In this document: in pieces, positions 1 through 10,900 of the stretch | Layout of the letters: each line of letters opens with the position of its first letter | Position numbering within the stretch: position 1 is the first letter of the stretch | NCBI GenBank assembly: GCA_043814055.1 | Contig: JBDRKL010000004.1 | Location: 1 to 64,000, forward strand | Length of the DNA stretch: 64,000 nucleotides | Source: an archaeon | GTDB lineage: Archaea; Undinarchaeota; Undinarchaeia; Undinarchaeales; JBDRKL01 | Reading direction: 5' to 3' | The notes under the pieces: generated by a model | Database searches by the model: none | What the model was told of the DNA's origin: nothing | The model's input: only the letters and a program-made list of their open reading frames with translations | Made by a program: the position numbers and the translations under genes

Positions 1-1
1 T

Positions 2-451
2 GATCCGTCTAGGATAAATTGTGGGTCTGATTGCACAGAGTTTTATGATAGTGGGAAATCGTCTACGCTTACTGCATATCCAAGTTCTGGTTCAAAGTTC
101 ATAGGTTGGAGTGGGGACTGTTCTGGGACAGGGATTTGCAAAGTAACAATGGATAAGGCAAGAACTGTGACTGCAACGTACTCAAAAACAACTAATGGGA
201 GCAATGAGGTCAAATATACCTGCTGTGCTGGTAGCAGTTCTTCCACTGCGGTAGTTAAGAATGGGGACAAGAGCAATGGTTGCAACAGTAATTATCCAAA
301 CAATTATGGCAATGATTTTTCCTCTTGCGATTTCAGCTGGCGCAACATCTGCACTGACTCGGCAAGCAACAAAGACTGCTGTATAGAGTGGTGCGGGAAA
401 AAGGCTCTAAAATTCGTGAGGTCAGAAGGGTATAGTTGCGTGTGTGCCTAA
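2..451 (+). CDS. 5'-truncated secreted/surface protein with a divergent InlB B-repeat (Flg_new-type) domain and a Cys-rich C-terminus
   Basis: Frame is open from base 2: INCGSDCTEFY..TLTAYPSSGSKFIGWSGDCSGTGICKVTMDKARTVTATY, a typical B-repeat signature. Confidence 0.75.
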   Translation, partial: DPSRINCGSDCTEFYDSGKSSTLTAYPSSGSKFIGWSGDCSGTGICKVTMDKARTVTATYSKTTNGSNEVKYTCCAGSSSSTAVVKNGDKSNGCNSNYPNNYGNDFSSCDFSWRNICTDSASNKDCCIEWCGKKALKFVRSEGYSCVCA

Positions 452-453
452 TA

Positions 454-590
454 CAACCTTTTTCCAGCAGTCGGCTGTAAAAAGCTGAGACCAAAAAGAA
501 ATCGCAAAAGCGCTTACTTTTGCGAGATAGGCTGCGCGCTTTTGTCTCTACAGGCGCTGCCTGTAGATTTTGCAAAGCAAAAGTTATGCT
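454..590. repeat. Intergenic cluster of palindromes (CAACCTTTTT..AAAAAGCTG-AGACCAAAAA family plus three further hairpins)
   Basis: Hairpins tcgcaaaag/cttttgcga, tctacagg/cctgtaga and ttttgc-aaa-gcaaaa; 5' part resembles 51043-51135 and 51232-51274. Confidence 0.65.
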
Positions 591-593
591 TCG

Positions 594-911
594 CTAACTA
601 TATTCGCGCCACGTGTGTTTACATTTAACGCATCTATAGAATCTAGTCGGAGCCTCGTCAGCTGACCGTGTCTGCTCCATCCAGTAATACGCTTCCAAGT
701 TCTTGCACTTTGGGCACTCCTCTTTTGTCTTTGGCAAGTTCTCCCCTGGGTCCTCAATCAGTACAACATCCTCGGTCTGCTCAATCGCTTCAGTCATGCT
801 TGAGCTCCCATCTTCTTTCTTCTCCCAGCCGCAGACCGGGCAGACAAGAATTGTTTCCCCTCCTTTTTCTTCAGCACTCAGCATCTTTCCGCATTTATCA
901 CAGAACTCCAT
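594..911 (-). CDS. tfs: Transcription factor S (TFIIS/RpoM-like)
   Basis: Two Zn ribbons; QTRSADE motif. Confidence 0.97.
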   Translation of the reverse strand: MEFCDKCGKMLSAEEKGGETILVCPVCGWEKKEDGSSSMTEAIEQTEDVVLIEDPGENLPKTKEECPKCKNLEAYYWMEQTRSADEAPTRFYRCVKCKHTWREYS

Positions 912-1075
912 TCTCAGAACCTGCTATCCGCAGGACCTCCTTTGCTTTTTCCCGGTTCCGAGCACAACGAAACTCCAGCAATCTTATCTTCTTTATTTTC
1001 TCTGGAGATTCGTTGTGAGACCTCCAGCACAAATGCTCCGCATTTGTGTGCGGCTTCGCCGCTATTTAATTTCAT
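909..1075 (-). repeat. Start-codon-associated hairpin element upstream of tfs
   Basis: Stacked hairpins, including a 16-bp stem (963-978/1002-1017); terminal stem ctcggaacc/ggttctgag encloses GGAGG and ends 1 nt before the tfs ATG. Confidence 0.6.
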
Positions 1076-1078
1076 AAT

Positions 1079-1603
1079 TTATAACCCTCCTGTAACATAC
1101 ATCGCTGTAACTTTCACAAACCCGAGCCACGGCATGTGAATAATCGCTTTGCCCTGGTATTCCTTCTCTGTTATCGGACCTGCAATCCCTGAGCCGCTCT
1201 GGTCAGTGTTCATGTTGTTGTCGCCTTTCGTGTAAAGCTCTGCCTCATTCCTCGCGATAACCCTGTGTATTATCGGCTCCCTGTTCTCTGCCTTGTAAAC
1301 TATGACATCTCCAACTTGGACATTTTCAAACGCAATTCCGCGCACAACCACTAATTCGCCCATCTGCATCCCGCGGTCAAAAGACCACTCGCTCCACTGC
1401 TCCTCTGTGATATTATTCTCCCTGAGCCAGCTGTAGTACGTAACCTCCGGGTTGTCGTGCTCCATGCTTGTTGAAACCACAGCCACGACAGGATAATCCG
1501 TGTGCAATCCATACGAGAGCCCTGCATTCGCTCCAACAGCTATCAAGTACCCTGCCACAATGTATGCAGCGATTTCAAGAATATCCCTAACAGTTTTGTT
1601 CAT
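1079..1603 (-). CDS. sec11: Signal peptidase I, archaeal Sec11 type
   Basis: N-terminal TM, VVSTSME catalytic Ser, IIHRV His, TKGDNN. Confidence 0.93.
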   Translation of the reverse strand: MNKTVRDILEIAAYIVAGYLIAVGANAGLSYGLHTDYPVVAVVSTSMEHDNPEVTYYSWLRENNITEEQWSEWSFDRGMQMGELVVVRGIAFENVQVGDVIVYKAENREPIIHRVIARNEAELYTKGDNNMNTDQSGSGIAGPITEKEYQGKAIIHMPWLGFVKVTAMYVTGGL

Positions 1604-1616
1604 TCAATACAACTAG

Positions 1617-1892
1617 TTACTTCGCCTTCTTAAACTTGTCCTCAAGCTCAGCGGTTTTCTTCTCCAGGCGCTGCGCAGCTCCCTTGAGCGCTGCCTTCGG
1701 CGTCCTGCCGCTCACGGTGCGGACAATGATTCGCGGGTTGCCCTTCATCGGGTGCTCAATTATGTAAGCCGCGGTCTTGACCTTGTCGTCCAGCCAGAGC
1801 TCTTCCTTGAGCGCGTTGGCGAAGGTGTGCCCTTCTCCAATTAGTTCAACCTCAATCATGTCTTTGTCTTCTTTTAGAATATTTAGTTCCAT
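1617..1892 (-). CDS. rpoL: RNA polymerase subunit L (Rpo11)
   Basis: GEGHTFANAL..AAYIIEHP motif. Confidence 0.96.
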   Translation of the reverse strand: MELNILKEDKDMIEVELIGEGHTFANALKEELWLDDKVKTAAYIIEHPMKGNPRIIVRTVSGRTPKAALKGAAQRLEKKTAELEDKFKKAK

Positions 1893-1949
1893 TCAAGCTT
1901 TCCTCTTTGTTATTGAATGTCCCTGCAAAGCTTTGCTCTGCAGTTCCAT
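1885..1949 (-). repeat. Start-codon-associated hairpin element with 8-bp direct repeat ATGGAACT
   Basis: ATGGAACT at 1949-1942 and 1892-1885; hairpin ctgcagagc-aaa-gctttgcag; stem cattcaa/ttgaatg around GAGG. Confidence 0.7.
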
Positions 1950-2018
1950 CGTAGCGTTTCTATCATCGCGCGGGTATTTAAGTGTTTTTAGGACTGTGCC
2001 TATGCCCCTCTGCGCCAT

Positions 2019-3560
2019 TTACCTCTCTCCCAGCACTTTTTCTATCTGCTCGCTTCCGCCCCAAACTATGCAGGGCGTTCTTACATCGGGAGAAATCCTG
2101 TAGCTGTTTGAAATCGTCCTGCCTTTGTTGTCAACTGCCGGCACGAGCAGTTCCAGCTTGACGAGCTCCATAAACTCCTTGTCAAACTCCTGCCCGCCGT
2201 GCGCTTTTTCTCTATACTTCACATCCTTTGTAAGCACTCTACTCACGTCGCCCGCGGTTAAGATGTTCTTGTATCCCATCCTGTCCACGATGAATTTCAG
2301 CAATTGGAACAGCCTTTTGCTAAGGAGGAAGTTCCACTCGTCATACAGATCCTTGTATTTCCTGCGCGTGTCCCCGCGCCTTTTCTCCTTGTACCTGTTG
2401 AAATCCTTAATCTTTTTTATCTCTCTAAGCGCGATTCGCTCTACGCCGGTTTCGTCAATCTTTAGGTAACGTCCTTTGCTAAGTCCAGGTCTTATGCCTG
2501 TGGTCGCAGTGAACCAGACAATAAATCTCTCCCTGTTTTTTGGGTGGGACCAGTAGCCGTCCGGCACCTTGCCTTCCCACACGAGCCCCTTCCTGTTCAT
2601 CTCTGCTCTGGTCAAATCCTTCAGCTTGTCCCCTATCTCTGGGAATTCTATTCCTCCCCACAGGCGGTTCTCCTGAAGTTTGTTCTTGGCAGTTCTCTCC
2701 TGTTCATCCAGCATCTCCCTTATCAGATATATCAGCATTGTTTTCTCTATCCTGCGGATTCTTTGAAGCTCTTTAGTCGGGATCTCGCAATCCCGGAGTA
2801 TTCTCCTAACATCTTGGATTCGGATTTTATCCACTCTCCTAATGACCTCGACTTGCACTTCAATTTGTTCCTTCCTGCAAACATAGGCTATCAGGAGTTT
2901 TCTTTTCTCCTTGATTGCGTCAAATGCTTCCTTCTGTGTTTCTCGCCCCATCTCCTCGCGGTCGTGCGTGGTTATGAATATGATGCCAGGCCATTTGCTG
3001 GATTCAGCTACCATCTCCTTGATAATCTTCCTACCCGAGCCGGTTTGTGTAGGTACGTATCCAAGTATTGCCTGAATCTCAGGTATTCTCCTGCGGGGGT
3101 TCTCGCGAAGAATCTCAGCTATTATTGTTTTCTGTGTTACCTGCCCCCACCTTTTCTCGGCTAATTCTGCATATTTTTTAGTTTCAGGTCCTGTTGGAAG
3201 TTCTGGCTTTCTCTTTTCAAGGTGGCTTAAGATTGGAATTCCTGGCCAGTCCTTTGAATTTTTCTTTATGCTCCACAAACTGAATGATACGCTTTCAGGA
3301 TTTTTGCCAAGCACCCTGGCTATTTTGTATTTCCCCCACCTGGGCTTGAGCCGTTGGCACTCGGCAGCCATTGTGTCAAGGTCTATCCTGTTCCAAAATG
3401 TCAGCGACCTTGCGGCGAGGAAAAATGTGAGGTTTGTTTTTTGTATTCCTAATTCGTCCAGCGTCTCGTCTATTTGTTTAAGAATGTTTTTTGGGATTTG
3501 CTTTAGTTCATACTCTACTTCTACAAGTCCAATTTCGCCGTCTATATCTCTCTGTGCCAT
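2019..3560 (-). CDS. Hypothetical basic protein, possibly DNA-binding (putative HTH segments)
   Basis: 513-aa K/R/I-rich ORF; no family recognised. Confidence 0.6.
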   Translation of the reverse strand: MAQRDIDGEIGLVEVEYELKQIPKNILKQIDETLDELGIQKTNLTFFLAARSLTFWNRIDLDTMAAECQRLKPRWGKYKIARVLGKNPESVSFSLWSIKKNSKDWPGIPILSHLEKRKPELPTGPETKKYAELAEKRWGQVTQKTIIAEILRENPRRRIPEIQAILGYVPTQTGSGRKIIKEMVAESSKWPGIIFITTHDREEMGRETQKEAFDAIKEKRKLLIAYVCRKEQIEVQVEVIRRVDKIRIQDVRRILRDCEIPTKELQRIRRIEKTMLIYLIREMLDEQERTAKNKLQENRLWGGIEFPEIGDKLKDLTRAEMNRKGLVWEGKVPDGYWSHPKNRERFIVWFTATTGIRPGLSKGRYLKIDETGVERIALREIKKIKDFNRYKEKRRGDTRRKYKDLYDEWNFLLSKRLFQLLKFIVDRMGYKNILTAGDVSRVLTKDVKYREKAHGGQEFDKEFMELVKLELLVPAVDNKGRTISNSYRISPDVRTPCIVWGGSEQIEKVLGER

Positions 3561-3563
3561 TTT

Positions 3564-4529
3564 TTAGAACCTGTCCAGCTCGTAGTCCTCCCATTTCCTT
3601 TTCCCGAGCGCGATGTCCATCTCCATCGGGTTGAGCATCGGTTTCTCGTAAATGTCAGCGTCGTCAATCGCTATGCGCGTGCACGCTGTGTTGACATAAG
3701 CATCAACCCGGAATCCGAGCAATTTGTCAGGCGAGAAGTCGTTCAGCGCGATTAAAACCGCTTTCCTCCCAGCGCGTTCAACACTCTCCTTCAAGACATT
3801 CGCGAGCTTCTCACGCTTCTGCCCCTTCTTCAGGCTCAGCAGAATCCCGAAAGTCTTGGCTTTTTTTGCCTTCTCAATCTTCGCAAATCTCCTCTTCAAA
3901 AACTTGTCCGCCTGCTCGTTCGCAGTCCGCACCTCGTCCTTCTCAGGGTCTGCGATATACACTTTCTTCCCTGTGTCCAGCGCAACTGCAATAGGGTGGA
4001 AGTCCCCTGTTCCAATATACAAGTAGCAGTCAACCTTATCCTTGACCTCGGCGGCCGCGCTTGCATCACAGCCAAGCAGTTGCCCAGTGTGCAATGCTCT
4101 TCCTTCCGGCTTGCCAATGAAAACTTTCTTGCTGTACTCCTCAAGCAATTTCTGCGCCTCGCCAAGCTTGTGAATGTGCTGAACTGTTGTCACAAGTCCA
4201 ATGTTTTCCTCAACCATGTCGTTCGCGGCCTGCTTTACAACTTTTGAAATGTCCAGGTCTGAGTGGTATTCAACAAAAAACGTCTTTAGTTCAGTTTCAA
4301 CGCTCATGTGCGAGTGCCCAATATGGATTAAAATATCAGCCCCTACCTCCTTGGCCTCATGGTCGCGCAAGTCGCACGCTCCAAAACAACTTTCTCCTAA
4401 AAACACAACTTCATAATCAGAAAGCTCAGCCTCAACCTCAAGCCACTTGCTTTTCAAGCCTTCAGGCAATTGAACTGCAATCTTTTTTGGCGCAAGCCTC
4501 TTTATATCCTCAATAATCTCCTCTAACAT
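3564..4529 (-). CDS. dph2: Diphthamide biosynthesis enzyme Dph2
   Basis: QLPEGLK, CFGACD, GQLLGC and NTAC Fe-S ligands. Confidence 0.96.
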   Translation of the reverse strand: MLEEIIEDIKRLAPKKIAVQLPEGLKSKWLEVEAELSDYEVVFLGESCFGACDLRDHEAKEVGADILIHIGHSHMSVETELKTFFVEYHSDLDISKVVKQAANDMVEENIGLVTTVQHIHKLGEAQKLLEEYSKKVFIGKPEGRALHTGQLLGCDASAAAEVKDKVDCYLYIGTGDFHPIAVALDTGKKVYIADPEKDEVRTANEQADKFLKRRFAKIEKAKKAKTFGILLSLKKGQKREKLANVLKESVERAGRKAVLIALNDFSPDKLLGFRVDAYVNTACTRIAIDDADIYEKPMLNPMEMDIALGKRKWEDYELDRF

Positions 4530-4613
4530 ACTTTCTAACTGTCCTTGGAACTAAATAAACCTTTCAGGCACTAATATTTAAAGATTAAAGACCACTCACT
4601 TCTTGGTGATATC

Positions 4614-4862
4614 ATGGTAACAATAAAGCAAATAAAATCGCTGACAACGAGTGACGAAGTTTTTGATTCAAAACTGCTTAAAGGTCTTAGTGGAAAAGAG
4701 CGAAAAGTAATGAAACTGGTTTGGCTCGCCAACCACAAGCTTGATTATAAGAATCCTCTTGTTCTGTATAAGTTAGTTTCTCAAATACTTGATTTAACCG
4801 AGGCAGAAGTAAAAGAAATTTTTGAGAAATTACAAGAATCTGGCAAGATAGAGCTTGGCTAA
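4614..4862 (+). CDS. Small hypothetical protein (winged-helix-like)
   Basis: 82-aa ORF with GGTGA SD and upstream TTTAAA; helical pattern ending LQESGKI. Confidence 0.55.
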   Translation: MVTIKQIKSLTTSDEVFDSKLLKGLSGKERKVMKLVWLANHKLDYKNPLVLYKLVSQILDLTEAEVKEIFEKLQESGKIELG

Positions 4863-4914
4863 GCTGTTCAGATTTGCTCCTGCATGCTTTCTAACTGATT
4901 CCAGGGGCTAACCT

Positions 4915-7900
4915 TCAGATTAACCCCTTCTTCCTGCCAAAGTATCCGATTGCAGCCACTGCAAACAAGCCTGCAAAGAGCGCGCCGATTTCTGCGTTCC
5001 CAAGAGTTGCTAAGCCACTCGCTTTTGAGCTCTCGTCCTCTTCTGCAAACACGCTCTCATCAGAGATTTCTACAATTTTCTCAACAACGCCCTCTATCTT
5101 GTAGAACTGCAGTTTCGCCTTCCCATTCTCAATGCCTTTCAGCACCACTGCGAGGTCATCCTCATTGTCATTGTTCACGTCAACATAGGCGACTTCTGAA
5201 ACCTTGAGCACTCTCTCAACCGGGTCTGAGCGTATTGTAACTTTTGCCCAGTCTGTTCCAACCTCATCAATGGTCACAGTGTGCTTCTCTCCTGCTATTT
5301 GGAAAGCTCCAACACTGCCCTTGCCCATTGTGTACTCAGCCGGGCCGTTTGAAATATCCATAGCTACTTCAGCAGGTCCTGAACTGCCCCCGCCTGAGCT
5401 TCCTCCGCTGCTTGCTCCTGGTGACGGGCTCTGGCTTGGCGCAGGAGGCTGTATAACTTCTTCTGGCTCTTCCTCAATCTCTTCGCCTCTCTGGAGAATA
5501 ACCGCTTTGTGCTCTTCAAGGTTCTTCACATTGTTTATCAGCAGGAACTCGCCGTAGGTCTGGCTCTCTGGCACGAGAAGCGATACCATGCTCTGTCCTG
5601 ACGCATCTATGTATGTTCCGTACTTTGTGTAGTAATCCCTTGCAGCCGGCGGCACATCCGCTGTGGTGTGTATGCAGCCTGCTGAAGTCTGCTCGTTGTA
5701 GTAAACAAAGCAACCCATTTCGTCAGAGTCGCTGTCCCAGAACTCTACTCCATTCTGCTCTGCGATTATCTTGTTGCCATCTGGCTCAGTTAAGGTTAAC
5801 TTCTCATTATCATAGCCCAGTGAAAACGCTGATTTGCTGGTCTTTATCTTGACTTCATCCACTTCTGCGTATTTCAGAGTCTGTGCAGATGGGTCTTTTG
5901 CATACCAAAGCTCGGTGTTTATGTCAAGCCAGGCTTCATTTGCCAGCATCTCGTTCCCATTGTGCTTGCAGCTCACATAATCGCCGTCCTGAGTTCTAAC
6001 TCTTATTGTGTTCACACTACCTTCTCCAAGGTCTCGTGTGGTTTGCATAATATCCACATTCACATAAGCCACGTCATTCCCATCGCTGTCCTTAAGCCCG
6101 TTGTATGTAAAGCTCATTATCCCGTTGGGCATTGCTATTGAGTCTCCTGGGTATAGTACTGGGTCTGTTGTATAAACTGTAACGCGAGACTGTACATCTT
6201 TCGCAACTATTTTGCTCAGCGTATCTGAACTGCCCACAAGGTCAACCTGCCAGGTTGTTTCAGTTCCATCTCCCAGCATCAGGTATCCGCCGTTCTCCAA
6301 TACCATAATTCCTGCGCCCACAACCAGCTGAACTTCCCCCTCATTTGTTCCTGAAGTTGTAACAACAGCGTTCTTGACATAAATCTCAACGCCTGCAATC
6401 GTCTCAATAGTGCCTGGTGCAACATACTTGGCCTCGGTAAATCCTTTGTTCGTAACAATAACCTTTGCTTTGTATGCATTGTCCACGCCTGTTGCATAAA
6501 CACCGCCCAAGCTCACGTCAATTCCAGATACAGTCGTAGTTGGGTTTGAAGTTGTCAGAACAACCTCTGCATTCCTGCTTGCGAGTTTTAATACATCCTC
6601 GCTCGCGTTTATAACTGTAAACTCCATTGTCATAAACCAAATCTTATTCCCAACAAGCCCCTCATAATCAACAACCGGTGTGAAGTCGTTCACGTATTTT
6701 ATAGTGCTTCCTGATATGCTCATAAATACCTCGTCATACTGGTCGCCCCAGTTTGTTTCTAAATTGTCCCTTGCTATTTTAACCCCATCCAAATCAATCT
6801 CAACAGTCTCCTGCCACCTGTACTCTTTCCCTTCCACATACAGGTAACCTTTTGTATCAGAGCTGTGCAGGTAGTCAACCAGCGTGTTCCCGTCGTAGTT
6901 TTCGCTGGCTAGCGTGTCTATTCCAACTTTTCCTGTGAAGTCAATCACATAGTTCGGAACAACTGTTTTCTCATAATAAACAACAACCGAGTCCTGCCCA
7001 ACATTTCCAAGCGAGTCTTCTGCAGTTACAGTTATCGTATTCTTTCCTTCCTGCAGTGAAATCTCGCTGAACTTCTCATAGAAGTCAACACTCGTTGGCA
7101 GTTCAACCGAGCTCACTGAGTTCCCGAGCGGCATTTCGCTGAGCACGTTCAGGCTCACGCTTGCGAGTCCGTCCTCGTCACTGGCGTGGCCAAGAATCCT
7201 CAAAGTTGCTTTGTTTACAGTGCTACCCTCAAATGGATACCCAATTTTTACAAATGGCGTAGAGTCAATTGGCGGTTCAGGTTCTGGTACTGTGTATATA
7301 ATATTCAGGTTGCTTACCCTGAGTTTTCCAGTGCCCAATGCGCTGAACGCAAGTTCAATCTGGCAGGTTTCTTCTCCGCAACCAGAAAGCTCTGAGTTTA
7401 GAACATTTGCAAAGTCATGCGTTGTCTCTTTCCCGCTGAATTCACCACTGTGTGTCCAAATCACATCTTCTGATATTGAAACACTTGGGTTTTCAACATA
7501 TTGCTCAACCTCAGCATTTTCTCCTTTCAGGTGCAGCTTGAAGAAGCCATCTGCCTGGCTAAGGTCTGGGTTTGGTATGTTCCATCCTCCTGAGTACTCG
7601 TCATAAAATTCAACGCGGCCGTTTGGATAATCTCCATTGGCGTCATATCCAAGCATGTAACCTCTGCTGCCTGACCCTCCTGAGTATTCAAGCACAAGCC
7701 AATAAGTCGTTCCCTTCTGCAGGGCCACGGCTTCGTCAAATGCAATGTTTTTCCAGGCGTATTCAAAATTGTCAAATGCAGGCAATGTAACCTGAGCTAT
7801 CTTGCTGCCGCTTGGGAGTCCGCCTGAGTCAGCTTGTATGCTTGCCAGTACGCTGGACGCGCCAGTGTAAATCTCGTGTCTCTTTATGTAGGCGTCAACG

Positions 7901-10900
7901 CTTTCCAAGTTTGAGTCTTCGCCAAGCGTGAAGCTCTGCGCCGCCTTGTAGTCCACCCAGTAGCCTGGGCCGTTCTGCGCCCCAAAGTATATGCCGTGGG
8001 TAAGTTCGCCAACATTGTCGTTCTTTACCTCGGCAGATTCCTGCGCCACTCCAACCGCGAGTCCTTCAATGTCCATCACAGCGCTCTTAACTTCTGCATT
8101 TGCTGGAAGTTCAACATACGCGCTCTGCGGGCTTGTTGGGAACTCAAATAGCTTTTCCGCGCTTGAGTCGGAGAAAGTTTTCACCGTATTATCCAAAGTT
8201 AGAGAATATGGCTCATCTTCGTGGACATCAACTGCTGTGACTTCTGCAGTCCACTTGCCCGCCATCGGGCTTTTTATTGTGTAGTCTTCGTTCGTCTCGC
8301 CTTCAAAGTACTCGACTGAGTCGTTCTGCGAGGCCACAAGCGGGTCTATCTTATTGCCGTTTGGGTCATAAAGCACAAGGTCAAGGTCGCTGCCGGGCCA
8401 TTTTAGCGAGAGTTTTATGCTATCCACAATGCCGGACACATCTATGTTGTTATACTTCACTTCGCCTGGGCTTATTGTGCCTGTTACTTCTGTGTCAAGA
8501 CCCTTAAGGAGATTCCAGGCTTCTTCTGAGATGTGGCGTGGGTAGTAGAAAAACCATCCACATGGAGGTTCATTGCCACTAACATCTATATTCTCATATG
8601 ACATAAAAGCCCATAGTGAAATTCCCAAAAAATTATCTGATCCTTCAGTATCCAACGCATAATCTACAGCTTCCAATCCCCCTCTAAGATACTCTGTCAT
8701 CTTTGAGCCGCTGTAGGTAATCTCTCCACTTCCTATTCTAGCCCTTTGCTCAAATTCGTGCTGAGTTGATATTGCTGGCAGACCTATCATTACTGGAGTA
8801 TTCTTCTCATTTGCCATATGCAGGAAGCTTCTTGCAACTTCTCTAGCAGTTGCAGAGTACTCATCATCATCTCCATAGAGGTTGCAGAAATTGAAGAATG
8901 GTATACTTTCATAATCCCCTCTCCAAAGAGCATCAATTATACTATCAAGCGGTTCTGTTAAATCTTTAGTCCATGCTATGTCATAGTTCATCAACGCGAG
9001 GAAGTCCGCATCAAATACCTGGTCATTCAAATTTGTCCAAGGGTACCCCCCCTCCTCTAGCAGGTTTGGAAACACAAGTGAGTTGCCAATTGCTGCTGAA
9101 ACTGTCTTGTTGGTTTTTCTCTTCAGCGAAGTGATAAGTTTTCCAAGATTTTCACTGCACTGCTGTGTTGCGCCAATAGATATTCCAGCGTCACGGAACA
9201 TGTCATATTCTATGTCAAGGTGCACACCATCCACATTTTCATCATTATTTATGGCATACGCTGTGTAGTTTGCCACGTATTCTATTTTATCGTTGTCCCA
9301 GTCACATATATCGCTCTCGCTCGTTGTGTAGCCATCAACCATCACGTAAAGTTTGAAGCCTTCCTCTTTCGGGAACATATCTCTGTAATCCTGGGTCAAA
9401 GTATTCTCATACTCCTGTTCATCGGCTCTCTCAACCCAACTGTATTTCTTTATGTCCTCCCCATATGACCCGTATCTGTTATACCCTCCAGCAAAAATAT
9501 ATTTTATTTTTAAATCATCCGAAACATCTTTGTTATATGCTTCAATGTCCTCTTTGTGTTTTTTTTCTTTGTCTATTTCACGATTCCAATACACCCAAGC
9601 AGCCCGACCCTTCTCCATCTGGTTCTTCTTCACTGGGTCTAATATGCAGGACTTGGCCTGAACCTCCTGTGTCATCAGCCCGCTTGCAAATTGATTCTCA
9701 TATGCGCAAGCATAGTTGTGGGCGCAGTCAATATCATATTGACACTCGTCCTTCGGCTCATCTTTCACGCACGCTGAATTCTCGCACGTGTACCCACTAC
9801 CGCACGGCTGCTCAATCCACTTCGTGTAGCCGTTTGCTTGCATCTGGCAACTTCTCAGTGTTGCGGTGTCCTTGCAATCAAGCGCACCCTGCATGCACTC
9901 GTCAACCGGCTTTGCTACGCAGTTCCCATACCCATCGCAGTAATTGTTTCCTGTGCATCCTTTTGGGTCTTCCTGGCCTTCAGGAATTTGAATCTGTGCG
10001 CATCCCCATGAGCACGTCGGTTGGTAGCATAGGTTGGAACCGCAGGCGCTCTTGTCGCTGCCGCAGTTCTCCTCTGCTGAACAAATCCCATCGCCGCAAA
10101 CAATACTTGGTTGCGCTTCACCAATATACAAAGTGTACCAGTCCTGATAGAATGGAGGCTCGTCTTCGCAAACTCTAATATAATATGTTCCTGATTTCAG
10201 ATTCTTTGTCTTGAATACACCGAATCCTATCTCATCGTTCTCCCATTCCGTAGTGAAATATGTAATTGGCGTGTTTACCTGAACTCCGTCGCAGCCGCCT
10301 TTGTAATCATCCTTATAAAATTGCATAAGCCAGGTGTTCTGCCTGTCCACGTACAGATTTATGTCATAATCACCATCTTCTGGAATCACAATTTTGTGCC
10401 AGTCACCGTATCCTTTGTAAGTGTCGCAATCGCCGTTCGGCACGCTTGAAAGCATATTCCTGCCAAGTGTCATTGAAGGTGCACTGTAACAGTCGCTTGT
10501 TCCTGGGTTCTGCTCTTCTTCATCTTCATCTGGTTCAAATGTTAGCTTTATTCTATAATTTCCAACATTTCCAGGTGACCCCATAGCAATTAACTTATAT
10601 GTTCCTGCATCAAGGTTGGAAATATCTCGAGTTGCATAACTTGATGTCCCAACACTTAAGAATTCACTGGATTCATCACAGGTTGACCATATGCCCATAT
10701 ATAAAGTAGATCCACCAGTGCTATAGAAATCAACCTTCAAATCACCAGATTTTGGCAGCGTGAATTCCCACCAATCTTGGTCATCATAAGTTCCTATTAA
10801 CCCCTCGTACAGGCTATCCAAAGGAAGGTTTGTATTTGAAATTCCACATATGTCAGCTATATCTGCATACGCAGCGCTAGTCATCCCAGCAAACAGAAGA

